Shown: piece after piece, positions 1 through 11,760 of the stretch | Layout: each line of letters opens with the position of its first letter | How positions within the stretch are numbered: the stretch's first letter is position 1 | NCBI GenBank assembly: GCA_038087875.1 | Contig: CM075984.1 | Location: forward strand, 37,076,001-37,140,000 | From: Malacoraja senta | Lineage: Eukaryota | Reading direction: 5' to 3' | DNA: 64,000 nt | Notes under the pieces: generated by a model | What the model saw: only the letters and a program-made list of their open reading frames with translations | Database searches by the model: none | What the model was told of the DNA's origin: nothing | Program-made: the position numbers and the translations under genes

Positions 1-302
1 AGATGCTGGTTTCTCCCAAACATAGACACAAAATGCTGGAGTAACTCAGTGGGTCAGGCAAGATAAGTGCCTGTATGTGGTTTATACAGAGATTTTCTGG
101 AAATAAGTTGGTGTAATTCAATAACAATTGCTCAAACTTAATTTCTGAGAATTCAGTGTTTCAAGCTGAATGAAGCTTTTTATAATGCCACATAAACAGA
201 TGTCTGGAAATTATTGGCAAAATGAGAAAAAGCTAACTTCTCATGCCTCGGAGTCGGAACAATGATCAATGATTAATCAACAATATTTTATTGTCACATG
301 TT

Positions 303-587
303 CAGAATTAAAGGATGTTCTTTAAGGAAGGAGATGAGGAAACATTTCTTTAGTCAGAGGGTGGTGAATCTGTGGAATTCTTTGCCACAGAAGGCTGTGG
401 AGGCCAACTCAGTGGATATTTTTTAAGGCAGAGATAGATTCTTGATTAGTACAGTTGTCAGAGGTTATGGGGAGAAGGCAGGAGAATGGAGTTAGGAGGG
501 AGAGGTAGATCAGCCGTGATTGAATGGCGCGGTAGACTTGATGGGCCGAATGGGCAAATTCTGCTCCTTTCCCGTATGACCGTATGA
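303..587 (+). mobile_element. CR1-clade LINE 3' fragment (HER1-like)
   Basis: ORF2 C-terminal remnant (..FFSQRVVNLWNSLPQKAVEA..) followed by the CR1 tail GGGCCGAATGG..CTGCTCCT and a short tandem tail. Confidence 0.85.
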
Positions 588-1072
588 TGTTGCATTTCTT
601 TCTTCCTTTATTCGTTTTGGAAGCACAAAAGGCAGGGAATGCGGCAGAGTGAATGACCGATCTTATCTCCTCAATCTATGAACTACAAGGATAAAGAGAC
701 TGAGGGAATGACAGAGAAGGAAACATGTGGATTAGGGTCAAATTACTTTCATATGGAAAATAGAAATCGGATTGAGGGAGGGGGTAAAATTAGCGTTGAA
801 GGAATACGAAGCTCCTCGTTAACGAGTACTTACATCTAGGTTCGACTATGAAGCTGCTTTCCCTCCAGTTTACAACATAAATCCTGCCACTTTGTCTTGA
901 AGGCTCTGGTGTTTGCAAGAGCAGGATTCATCCAGTAAGTGGATCCATGCTTTACGCATTCCAACAATGATAGAAGCGAGGAATTAGCTTTACCACAAAA
1001 TTGGTGATAATGAGTGTCGACCACACTGTGGGAAGTAGGTGATTACATTGGAGTGGGTGCAGAGGAGATTCA

Positions 1073-1795
1073 GAACGGGGGTTCCCCTCCTCCACCATAG
1101 ATGAGGCTCGCACCAGGGTCTCTGCCATACCCCGCAACACTGCTCTCTCTCCCCATCCCCCCACTCACAACAAGGGCAGAGTCCCCCTAGTCCTCACCTT
1201 TCACCCCACCAGCCGTCACATACAACAAGTGATCCTCCGTCAGTTTCGCCACCTCCAACGTGACCCCACCACTCGCCACATGTTCCCATCTCCCCCCATG
1301 TCTGCCTTCCGCAAAGACTGCTCCCTCCGTAACTCCCTTGTCAATTCTTCCCTTCCCTCCCATACCACCCCCTCCCCTGGTACTTTCCCTTGCAACCGCA
1401 AGAGATGCAACACTTGTCCCTTCACCTCCCCCCTCCACTCCATTCAAGGACCCAAGCAGTCGTTCCAGGTGCGACAGAGGTTCACCTGCATCTCCTCCAA
1501 CCTCATCTATTGCATTCGCTGCTCTAGATGCCAGCTGATCTACATCGGTGAGACCAAGCGGGGGCTTGGCGATCGTTTCGCCGAACACCTCCGGTCAGTC
1601 CGCAATAACCAACCTGAACTCCCGGTGGCTCAGCACTTCAACTCCCCCTCCCATTCCGTATCTGACCTCTCTGTCCTGGGTCTCCTCCATGGCCACAGCG
1701 AGCAACACCGTAAATTGGAGGAAATGCACCTCATATTCCGCTTGGGCAGTCTACATCCTGGGGGTTTGAACATTGAATTCTCCCAATTCTGCTAG
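1073..1795 (+). CDS. PLE polyprotein C-terminus: linker, Cys motif and GIY-YIG endonuclease (5'-truncated, frame open)
   Basis: ERGFP..VPLVLTFHP..C.RKRCNTC..NLIYCIRC..C..IYIGETKR..RFAEH..VAQHFN..GLN motifs typical of Penelope/Poseidon elements; no stop codon in 1073-1792. Confidence 0.88.
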   Translation, partial: ERGFPSSTIDEARTRVSAIPRNTALSPHPPTHNKGRVPLVLTFHPTSRHIQQVILRQFRHLQRDPTTRHMFPSPPMSAFRKDCSLRNSLVNSSLPSHTTPSPGTFPCNRKRCNTCPFTSPLHSIQGPKQSFQVRQRFTCISSNLIYCIRCSRCQLIYIGETKRGLGDRFAEHLRSVRNNQPELPVAQHFNSPSHSVSDLSVLGLLHGHSEQHRKLEEMHLIFRLGSLHPGGLNIEFSQFC

Positions 1796-1912
1796 CCCTT
1801 GCTGTCCCCTCCCCTTCATCAGCCATCTGGTTGTCTCCTCCCCTCCCCCAGCCCTCGGGCTCCTCCTCCGCCTTTTTCCTTTTTTCCTTTCTTCTCCCCA
1901 CCCCCTATCAGT

Positions 1913-1940
1913 CTGAAGAAGGGTTTCGGCCCGAAACGTT
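1913..1940 (+). ncRNA. Minimal type I hammerhead ribozyme core in PLE terminal repeat
   Basis: CTGAAGA-A-GGGTT/TC/GGCCC-GAAA-CGTT: catalytic boxes, stem II, palindromic ACGT stem III. Confidence 0.75.
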
Positions 1941-2005
1941 GCCTATTTCCTTCGCTCCATAGATGCTGCTGCACCCGCTGAGTTTCTCCAGCATTTTTGT
2001 GTACC

Positions 2006-2412
2006 TTCACCAGGATGTTGTTGTGGCTCGAGCATTTCAATTCTGTGGTGTGACTGAATAGGTTGTGTTTGTTCTCTTTGGAGCAGTGAAGACTGAGGGA
2101 ATGACCCTATTTTGAGCGGCACAGTTAGGGTAGATGGTGAGCAACCTTCCCCCTCAGCAGAAGAGACGATGGCAAGAGGTCATTGCTTTAAGGTAAAGGT
2201 ACGTAGATTTTGATGGGATTTAAGGAAGATTTGTCTTTACCCAGACAGTGGTTGAAAGTAGAACTTACTGGCCATGGGATAGTGGAGGCAGAGGCTCCCT
2301 CAATGAGCAAGTGAATCTCCAGTGCATAGAAGAAAATGGGATCAATATGGCAGGTATTTGTTGGCTAGCATGGACACAATGGGCCGAATAGACAATTTCT
2401 GTGCTGCATGGC
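2006..2412 (+). mobile_element. Old CR1 3' fragment (continuation of ~1015-1072)
   Basis: Degenerate RF-TRM..RL..LGLFSLEQ.RLRG coding remnant and GGGCCGAA..CTGTGCTG tail. Confidence 0.7.
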
Positions 2413-3207
2413 TTTATGATAAAGCTGCTTGCCGAGGCTTGTGTATAGAAATAGATACACGGATTGACAGGGGGGAAAATAGCATTGAAGGAATATGAAA
2501 CTCCTACTTTGAAAATAGGTGCACAGTGGCTAATGGTGTTTGCAGCCAATGGCTTGCACCCTGGCAAGGGAATCACGACCCTGCATACAGGAAGGCAAAA
2601 AGAAAACAAACAGGAAAGTGAAAGTAAAATTGCACAGATGATTATTTGGCATTGAATGGAACTGATTTTCATTCGAGTCATGCAGAGAGAGGTTTGTGCC
2701 TCATTAAATGGAGTGTTGAATTTGATTGTGTATGGGAGGGGGAAAGCTATTTCCTTGGTTTTCTTGGCCCAACAGTCTAAATCAAGCACGGTGGCCATCA
2801 ACGGTGGTGTTTCTCACATGATGGAGTAGGTGCTGGAGCCATTAAGTTAACTGAAGCAGAGTGCAGTTTTATCTTTAAAAATTCATAGCTGTTGGTTGGT
2901 GTGAATTAACCGTCACGTTGCAGTGGGAAAGTGGGAAAATTACAACCAAGGTCATCGGCAGGGCAATCAGATTCTGCTTCGGCTGGCTGAGAGGAATTTT
3001 TTTTTTAATAAAGAAGCAACACGACGGAAACGTTCTTCCTGGAGCTCTCTGGCTCTCTCTCACGCTTACTCTTTCTGTCATCCTCCCTCTCATTGCATTC
3101 ATATGAAACTTTTCAGTCACTATGCCTCGCACACGTTTACTAGTCACCCTGACTCCTTCAAATCACTCTGGCAGCTTCTGCTGTTCGTAACAGCCCTGAC
3201 ATTTGCC

Positions 3208-3780
3208 TAGATACGAAATGCTGGAGTAACTCAGCGGGACCGGCAGAGTCTCTAGAGAGAAGGAATAGGAATAGGAATACTTTATTGTCGCATGTGACAA
3301 GGCACAGTGAAATTGTTTGCTTGCAGACCTAAATGTATACAAATAGCGGCCACTTACAGCGCTGACAAAGTTACAAAGCACGCCGGCTCCTCCTTTTGTT
3401 CTCCCCCCCTCCCCCCCACAGTGGCTCCCCCACGCCGGGTCCCCATTGCCCTTTGTTCTCCCTCCCTCCCCACATGGTGCTTCCCCCACGCCGGTCCCCA
3501 ATTGTTCTTCCCCCTCCCTCACGGTGATCCTCCACGCTCTCATCGACCATCGACCATCGACCAAGGCATTGCCGCCGTCGAGGCCCCAAACGCCGGGAGG
3601 CCTCACCGCTGCTGCTGCTTCACTGCCGCCGAGGAATGGGTGACGTTTCAGGCCGAGACCCTTCTTCAGACGAATTGTCACCCATTCCTTCTCTCCAGAG
3701 ATGCTGTCTGTCCCGCTCAGTTACTCCAGCATTGTGTGTCTATCTTCGGTGTAAACCAGCATCTGCAGATCCTTCCTGCA
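3208..3780. mobile_element. Inverted pair of PLE hammerhead units with 12-bp TSD; contains a nested insertion
   Basis: TSD CTGACATTTGCC at 3196-3207 and 3781-3792; minus-strand unit followed by plus-strand unit. Confidence 0.85.
3262..3630 (-). mobile_element. GC-rich non-coding retroposon with Rex1/Babar-like 3' tail
   Basis: Minus strand ends ..TTTCACTGTGCCTTGTCACATGCGACAATAAAG(TATTCC)n; related copies at 14890-15692 and 60497-60720. Confidence 0.6.
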
Positions 3781-4433
3781 CTGACATTTGCCAATATGCT
3801 TTCTGCGAAAGATAAATTGCCTGTTTTGTTGTAGGTGAGGAATGTGGAGGAGTTACTGTGGTGGATGTTTATGTTAAAATGTGTTTTATGTGTTCTGTTG
3901 CTTTTTATTTGTATGATCTACTTGGCAAATGAAATTCCTCGTATGTTGCAAAACATACTTGGCTAATAAAGTGTGATTGCGATTGTATTAACTATGCTTA
4001 GTGTATACTGTAAAATCCTCACTGACTCATAAGAATCCCTGGCTCATGACTATTGAAGACGTAGAGAGGGCCGTTGGGATGGCACTGAGCATCTTGAGTC
4101 TCAGCGACAAAGGCAGGTGGAAGCCATTAGCAGTGAAAAGAACATCTCTCACTCTAAACCATTAAATGTTGCAAAGTTTCATTCTTTCATTTTTATTTGT
4201 AAAGGTGAGTGATTGCCCAGTCGGAGTAAGATAGGATTTTTTATCTTTGCTATGTTGGGTTAGTTTTATGACCAGTAAGTAAGACATTCAACGTAATGCT
4301 GTCTCGAACCTGTCTCTGGCCTCAACTTCTCCAAAGCCCAGGCCCTGTTTCAAAGCCTGTTTTAATCATATCTATAATCCACTCATTCTAGACCTTTAAA
4401 TCACTGAAAACATCCTTTACAACTTCCCTGTCC

Positions 4434-5127
4434 AGTTTAGTTTAGTTTAGATTAGTTTCGAGATATAGCGCACAAACAGGCCAGTGATCCCCACATACTA
4501 ATACTATCCTACACACTGGGAACAATTTACAATTTTTACCGAAGCCAATTAACCTACAAACCAGAGCACCACGCGGCCAGGGGGAGAACGTACAAACTCC
4601 GTACAATTCAATTATTATTATTTATTTGTCATTTGGACAAATTTGTCATTTGGACCCCGTTGAGGTCCAAACGAAATATCGTTTCTGCAGCCATACATTA
4701 CAAAACGAAGAAGACCCGAGACACAACACAATTTACACATACATCCATCACAGCGCTGTAATGGAAGGCAAAAAAAGTATCTCTCCACTGCACTCCCCCC
4801 CCCCCCCCCCCCCCCCGATGTCAGAGTCAAAGTCAAAGACCACGGCGGGCGATGGTGATTATCCCGCGGCCATTAAAGCCACGCCGGTTAATGCAAGGTC
4901 GTGCACCGGGTCTTGGTGTTAGAGCCCCGGCGCGCGCTCGCAAAGGACCGCGGCGACGATGTAAAGCCCTGCTCCAGGTGCTCTTCAACCCCGCAACTCG
5001 GGCGGGAGAAGTCGCCGCTGCGGAAGCCCTGAAAAGCGGTCATTACACACAGTACCTTTCAGTCAGGATCGAACCCCAGTCTCTAGCGCTGTAAGGCAGC
5101 AACCCTACCGCTGCGCCACCATGCCGT
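4434..5127 (-). mobile_element. HE1-like V-SINE interrupted by an insertion at ~4605-5043
   Basis: tRNA-like head (rc of GGTGGCGCAGCGGTAG..GGTTCGATCC), partial V domain, (CTAAA)n tail. Confidence 0.8.
4605..5043 (-). mobile_element. GC-rich retroposon fragment with Rex1-like 3' stem-loop
   Basis: Minus 3' end ATTTCGTTTGGACCTCAACGGGGTCCAAATGAC..AATAAA(TAA)n. Confidence 0.55.
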
Positions 5128-5997
5128 CCTGTCATATGCCTTCTTAATTTTAAATGATTCTAATAAAAAATATAAAGTATTACTTTGTGGTCTCTCAAAG
5201 AATGAAAAGACCCAAGGTGAAGGAAGGGAATCTCACCTTGTTTTTGTACGCCTACAATCCACTGGTGTTTTCTTTTTAGTTGTTGCCAAATTGTTCATTA
5301 CAGTCATTAAAAAAATGTCTTTAAGATTGTATTCACCTTAATTGTTGCTTGAGCAATATCAGTTTTTAATAGCATGGCCGAAAAGGAAAACGGTCCTGGA
5401 GTAGTTTTTGAAGGGCGGTGCCATTACTTGAGAGGTGGGGAGGTGAGAGATTGTCAGCAAGCGGCCCTTTTAGATTTACTACATTTTCTTGGATTTCTTT
5501 TTATGGGATTTGCTATTTCATCGGGGTAGGTTTTCAGATGACAGAGATCAAAACTATGTTTGATTGTTTTCATAAGCCCAGAACCTTTGAGGTAGGCAAT
5601 AAGGACTTAGTTAGCTGCTTTAAACAGTACCTCTGGGTTGAGGAGAACTCGCTTCCACCATAGTTCTGAGGTGGCTGAAAGGTCCTGTGAGAGACCCTGG
5701 ATTCTGCTACTGGCGGGGCAGTAGTTGCAGAACAAAGAGCTTTGGATGTTGCGTGAATGGCCTTCACCTAGTTCCAACGCTGACAGTCAAGGCGCTCTGG
5801 GTCTTCTCAAGTATTTCTTCTCCATTTTGATTGATCACCAGCCAGTAATTCCTGTGCTCAGTGGTGATAGAATTTTGTTTTTCATGGAAACTTTGAGGAC
5901 ATCCTTTCCATTCCTTTGTCTTTGTGGAAGTCACTTCCCATGGGGGGAGCTTGGAGAAGGTGTTCGGTTAAGGAAAGACGGTGCAAATAACAAAACA

Positions 5998-6306
5998 GCG
6001 GCAAGGTGGCGCAGCGGTAGAGCTACTGCTGTACAGCGCTAAAGACCCGGGTTCGATCCTGACTACGGGTGCTGTCTGAACTGAGTTTGTACGTTCTCCC
6101 CGTGACCTGCGTGTGTTTTCTCCGAGATCTTCGGTTTCCTCCCACACTCAAGATGTACACGTTTGTAGGTTAATTGGCTGGGTATAAAAATGTAAATCGT
6201 CCCCAGTGTGTGTAGGATGTGCGGGTATCGATGGTCGGTGCGGACTCGTCGGGCTGAAGGGCCTGTTTCCGCGCCGTATCTCTCAACTAAATTAAACAAA
6301 ACTAAC
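5998..6306 (+). mobile_element. HE1-like tRNA-derived V-SINE
   Basis: A box GGTGGCGCAGCGG, B box GGTTCGATCC, V domain GTTTGTACGTTCTCCCCGTG..CGGTTTCCTCCCAC, CR1-type tail GGGCCTGTTTCC..CTAAA. Confidence 0.88.
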
Positions 6307-7777
6307 AGTGCAAAATCACAATTAGAAAACAGGTCCATGGTGGTGTAAGAGCGGGCCGCAGTGTTCTGCCGCTGAAATATGAAGATTGATGACTGAAACT
6401 GAGTGACCCAAGCTGATTAGCTGCTGATAGGAACTACAGAAGGTGAGTTATAGCAATGTAGCAAGGAAGATTGACAAAAGCATTACGGTTTTGACAGAGC
6501 CTTGCCTGACACCAGTCTGTGTTGATATTGAGTCTTTGGTTCACTCGCTGGTTAAGATCATGTCAACGGGAGCTGAAACAAGACAGAATTTGTTATTGAT
6601 GGCTGAATTTGAGAATAATGCTCCACAGTCCTTATTGACATTTAAAAAAAAGGTATGGTGGTTGATGCATTTTGATGGATCTCACATTCCTTCTCCATAT
6701 TTTTTGTTGGCGATTGTGCAATATTAGTTTAGGTCTTCATTGGTTGAGCTGCTTATATAGACAGTGCGTTGAGCAAATGAGCCTGTCTGCATTTAGATGC
6801 ACTTCTCTAAAACTCTTCAGATTGCAGTTTTGCTTGTTGTGCTGTTTATTTGCACTCTTTATATCACAGCGATAAGCTAAAACCCCTTTGCCATTCTATA
6901 AGGTGCTGTTTTACTCCACTACTGTAGTCTATTCTGCTTTACGTTAATAATTTCTACAAGCACACTCGGGTGCCTTTTGTTCCTTTGTGCTGTACTGCAA
7001 AGGGTAACACAGTAACGTGATCAGCCTGAGATTTTACTTACTGCTTTCAGCTTGTAATGGTTTATGTGTAATCCCATCATATCCCCTTGTTGACGGATAT
7101 TGTGTACTGTATTTACCAGGCCAATGTATCGGTTTGGCAGCAGTCCAACATCGTCCAAATGTAAAATATTCTGTGGAGCACTCGCTGATAACAATTGATT
7201 ATTTTTTTTGCTCTCTGGTTGAAAGCTATGGACTATTGGACATAGAGTTTTGATGGCAGATGGGTAGGGATAGGGGAAATCTTTCTCATCTCACAGCTAC
7301 CGGTAAGTGTTTCTGACAAAGGCAGATTGACCTCACATGAGACTTGAAGCTCCTAACGTCATCCAAAAATATGGTCAGTGAAATGGCTTTCAGTCTGATG
7401 GTTTTCACGTGAATCTTTGGTTTTAAATGCAGAAATATTTCTTAGGAGTTGCTTGTGTTTCTTTTACAGTCCCTGAACTAATCACATTGTGCTGAAGCAC
7501 CACAATCTTTGCAAAGTGAAATGCTGGTGAAGAATAATTTTGTACAATATTTGCAGACCTGCAGTGTATCATCACCTTGAGACCTGGTAGAGATGGGATA
7601 ATCGATAGTAAATCATAAATTATAAATAATCAGTTGTAGGTTGTTGGCTAAAATGTGAGTAGTTATCCTTTGTTAGCATTGTGTTATCTTTGAAAAATTA
7701 ATTTGTTCCGTTTTTATTCTCTGTGGACAGAAAAGGCAATTGGCAAATGTTCATGTACACTGCCATTTTATAGGATA

Positions 7778-8695
7778 CTAGACCAAGTGCAGACCCGTTG
7801 GGTTTGGTCCACGAACGTGCTTCAGACCCCGGGGTCTGGTTCCCGAACGTGCTTCAGCATCTTGACGGTGTAGACAGCGTCTGGACGGCCGTACGCAGCC
7901 TCTCAACGTCGTACGCAGCGTCTTGACGGTGTACGCAGCGTGTTGACGGCGTAGGCAACATTCGCCATCAAGACGCTGCGTACTACTTCGAGACGCTGCG
8001 TACGGCCGTCGAGACGCTGCGTACACCCTCAATGGGGCTGCGGGCCGACAGGCTGTTGACGCGCCGGCTCTATCACGCTGGCTGAAGGCAAAGATGGTTT
8101 TTCCGCCGCTGCTTTTCGGCGTCCTCGGACAGAGGACGGCGAAAAACAGCGGTGGAAGAGCCGATGTTTAGCTTGAGCCAGCATGAGAGAGCCGGCCCGG
8201 GGGGGGGGGGGGGGGGGGGGGGTAGTGGAGGAGAGCCGGGTGGCAGCAGCGAAAATCGGCAGCGAAAAAATTAAAATGTCGCCGTTTTTGGAGGAGAGCC
8301 GGGCGCTTGAGCCAGCGTGAGAGAGCCAGCCCGGGGGAGGAGGATAGTGGAGGAGAGGCGGGCGGCAGCAGCGAAAATCGCCAGCGAAAGAATAAAAATG
8401 TCGGCGTTTTTGGAGCAGAGCCGGGCGGCAGCAGCCATTATGGTGGCTGGCCAGCAGGAGGCGACAAAATGAGTGAGGGTGGGGGGGGGATGGATTTTAT
8501 TTTAAAATGTGTACATAAAAATGTCTAAATCTAATAAGGAGTATGTTAGGGAATGTAAAAGTGTAATGTCTAGCGAAATGGAAAAAACCTCGGAGTTTTC
8601 ACGTGTGGTTTTGGCGGACCAAGGAATCAAATGCCAAATATGAAACCCACAAACACACACACCCACACACACACAGAGTTTTAATAGTATATAGA
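7778..8695 (-). mobile_element. Non-autonomous Helitron
   Basis: Minus strand begins A|TCTATATACTATTAAAA and ends hairpin (ACCCAACGGGT)..GGTCTAG|T; inserted between A and T with no TSD. Confidence 0.85.
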
Positions 8696-8988
8696 TATGA
8701 TCTCAGTGATTAGCGTTGGTTTCATTCTTACGGGTGAAGTGATGATTCAAGATGGGAATGTGAGATATTAAGGCAAATGTATAAGGCCATCAAAGAAAAA
8801 ATAACCAAACACAATGCACACAATTTCCAATTTGTTTTATCATTTTATGATTTGATTATTAATGATCCCCTCTTTATCAGCTCATGCAAAGTCTCAAATA
8901 TTATTCCAGTCATTAATTGGTTCTCCTCCAGGGCCAAGTAAGTTCAGACAATGGGGTTGAAGGTTGGCATCCAGCATGTCCAAATCGC

Positions 8989-9605
8989 AGCACAGTGGCA
9001 CAGCTGGTAGAGCTGCGGCCACACGGTGCTGGAGACACAGGTTCGATTCTGACCTCAGGCGCTGTCTGTGTCTTGTTTGCACGTTCTTCCTGTGACCACG
9101 TTGGTTTTTTCTCTGGCTGTTCCGGTTTCCTCCCACATCGCAAAGACGTGCTGGTTTGAAGGATAGTTGCCCTCTGTAAAAATTGCCTCTAGTGTGCAGG
9201 AAGTCAATGTGAAAGGGGGATAGCATAAAACTTTAGAGATACTGCATGGAAACAGGCCTTCCGCACTGTGTCCATGCTAACCGGCAAACACCCCATACAC
9301 TAGCATTATCCCACACAGTCGGGTCAATTTACATTTACAGAAGCCAAATAACCTACAAACCTGTACATTTTTGGAGTGTGGGAGGAAACCGGAGCACCCG
9401 GAGAAAACGCATGCAGTCACGGGGAGAACGTACTAACTCAGTATCGACAGCACCCGTAGTCAGGATTAAACTTGAGTCTCTGGCGCTGTAATGCAGCAAC
9501 TCTACCGCTGCACCTCTGTCCTAGAACTAGCGTGAACACGTGATCAATGGTCTGCATGGACCTGGTGAACTCAGCGACCTGTTTCCATGCTGCATCTTTA
9601 AATAA
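8989..9605 (+). mobile_element. Diverged V-SINE with a second V-SINE nested antisense (~9228-9520)
   Basis: Head and V domain at 8989-9225, tail resumes at ~9521; the intervening sequence is the reverse complement of a complete SINE. Confidence 0.75.
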
Positions 9606-11504
9606 AAATTCATTCAAAACGATGTACCCTGTTTCCATTAATGTCACTCATGCAATAAGCGAGTTCTGTATTCCGAAAAACGCAAGCATCATGGGATTTG
9701 TCAAAGGTCGTAAGCTATAACGGTAAATAGATCTCAGTGTTATAGATACAGTGAGTATACTTTTGCTCCGATTTTTGTATTTTTTCAGTGGGAGACCGGG
9801 TGGGGGGGGTGGGGGGGGGGGAGACGGTGGGCGGGCGGGCACACAATGCAGCCCCACCCTGGACACCTCCGGACAGGGACGGGACATCGGGGAGGGGACG
9901 GGGACGGCCCAACAGCAACTAAACAGCACCCGCAGGGACGGAGAGCCGACCCCGACCCCGACCCCGGTCTACGGACGAAACGCAAACCTGCACACAATGC
10001 AGCACCACCGTTGCCAAGACTGTTTTATAGCTAGTGCCCCGAACTCACTTATCCACAGGTTGATGTTTTGGCCAGCCATGTAGGCAGTTTCTCCAATATA
10101 CCTACCATCCTCACCGCTGGTGTCAAACCATTGGTATAAAGCAGCAAAGTCTGGTTTACCTTTTAGCTGTTGCAGTAATTTTCATTTTCAATGCTTCCCT
10201 TCACGGACCTCATACTAATCATGCTTACATTGATTTTGTGCCACAGCACTATGTACTGTATGTTCACCCTGGCTTTGGTTAATTGCCTCACCAGAAAGAA
10301 GCCACTTAGTACAGCTGAATGTTCCACTGCAGGGTTATCATTAGTGAACGTCTCTGGTGTGGGGTGATCAACCTATGATTCCAGGGCAGAAACCGTGGCA
10401 CTGATCCCAAGTGCCCAGCTGCAGAGAAGAGCAGCCACTTGGGGCCTGCAAGCCACGTTGACATGGGTGAGAGCTGAGTGTGATTGACTACTTGTTTGGT
10501 GGATCTGCATTGCTATTGTGTCCCGATAGGTAGGGGGGCTTTGCATTAAGGTTTCAGTTGACAGCAGGGGAGCTGCGCATTTGTTATCTGCTGCAATACT
10601 GTAATGTAAATGTACCTTGAGAGCTTCACAAACAATGCACTTGGGCAGCTGGCAGACAGGATTTTAGCTCCCTATCAGCCACTCGCCACTCTGTTTGTTT
10701 CCATTCAGCCACCCGACATCTTGCAGCCTGCCTGCCTGCAGTTCCCTTCTGTTTTAATTAGTTAACTGCCCGTCTGCAGCTAGACCGTGCTTTCCATCTC
10801 CATTCCTTTCTCGGATCCGTTGCCTCCAGTTGAATTTTAAACCACTCTGCCTTCATGTAAAAGGGCACTCAAGGTTTGAACGTGTCCAAAGTCATAACTT
10901 ATTAAGTGACAGGAAGGTGGTCTCAAGCTGGGTTTGGAACCACGTGGTCTGTTTCTGCCGGTGACCGCTTGCTCGTTTTGATAAGTAAATGCGATGGCAA
11001 AAGAGCTTAACATTCTGTTGCTGCACTTAAACGTGAAGTGCCTGAATGACTTGATCTGCAACGAGTTCAATTCCCGGTCAAGAAGAACCTTTTAGTTCTG
11101 TTTTACATAATACATTTGTGGCCTTATGTAAGGGTAAATTAGAGTCAAATATGCACATTATAACTATCAAAAAAAGAACGAACATTCATATAGTGTCATT
11201 TATATCCTATGGCATAATATTGATAATATTGCAGCACAGCTACTATTTTAATGAGGAGAAATGTTGCATTTTGTTTCCACAACAGCAATGGAATAACTTA
11301 CCTTTAACTTAAATACAGATGGAAAAGACTGACTGGTCTGTGTGGGCTGTACCATATGCTGAGGTTTTTTTTAATGAAATTGTTGGGATGTGGGTATCAC
11401 TGGCAAGGCTAACATTTTTTGCCCATGCCTTGTATTGGCAATGTATGGTTCCCCCCACCTGGAACAATGCAAACTCTCCTCCTCAACAAAGCAAATCAGG
11501 GAGA

Positions 11505-11758
11505 CTAGCTTCTCGTTTTCACACCCAAGTCGCACTAGCTTCTCATATTCACCTAACAAACGGCTAACAATGGCCTGTTTCCTTTATTATCTTTACTTTT
11601 TTGCATATCTTCCATTCATTGCTCTTGATCTCTCTACATCATCGCCTATATCTCCCGTTTCCCTTATCCCTAACCAGTCTGAAGAAGGGTCTCGACCCGA
11701 AACGTCACCCATTCCTTCTCTCCAGAGATGCTGCCTCACCCACTGAGTTACTCCAGCA
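11505..11758 (+). mobile_element. PLE 3' UTR plus terminal hammerhead unit
   Basis: 3' UTR matches rc of 21620-21760; followed by the hammerhead and GATGCTGCC..TGAGTTACTCCAGCA. Confidence 0.8.
11679..11706 (+). ncRNA. Minimal hammerhead ribozyme core (best-preserved copy)
   Basis: CTGAAGA A GGGTC TC GACCC GAAA CGTC; predicted GUC cleavage after 11706. Confidence 0.8.
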
Positions 11759-11760
11759 TA

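Larger units (their letters stand above)
1073..2005 (+). mobile_element. 5'-truncated Penelope-like retroelement inserted into an older CR1 copy
   Basis: GIY-YIG coding region, pyrimidine-rich 3' UTR, then the hammerhead-bearing terminal unit; the flanks rejoin as CR1 sequence (GTGCAGAGGAGATT|CACCAGGATG). Confidence 0.9.

Noticed and set aside
2265-2801. 178-aa minus-strand ORF
   Set aside because: No recognisable domain; partly antisense to a CR1 remnant
4180-4210. Other AG|GT juxtapositions (4204/4205; ~27431)
   Set aside because: Short AG-free zones and a non-YAG acceptor or weak donor; expected by chance, unlike 24087
5998-6070. tRNA gene-like A/B boxes (also at 26855, 45833, 51024, 62088)
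   Set aside because: They are heads of V-SINEs, followed by the V domain and a LINE tail
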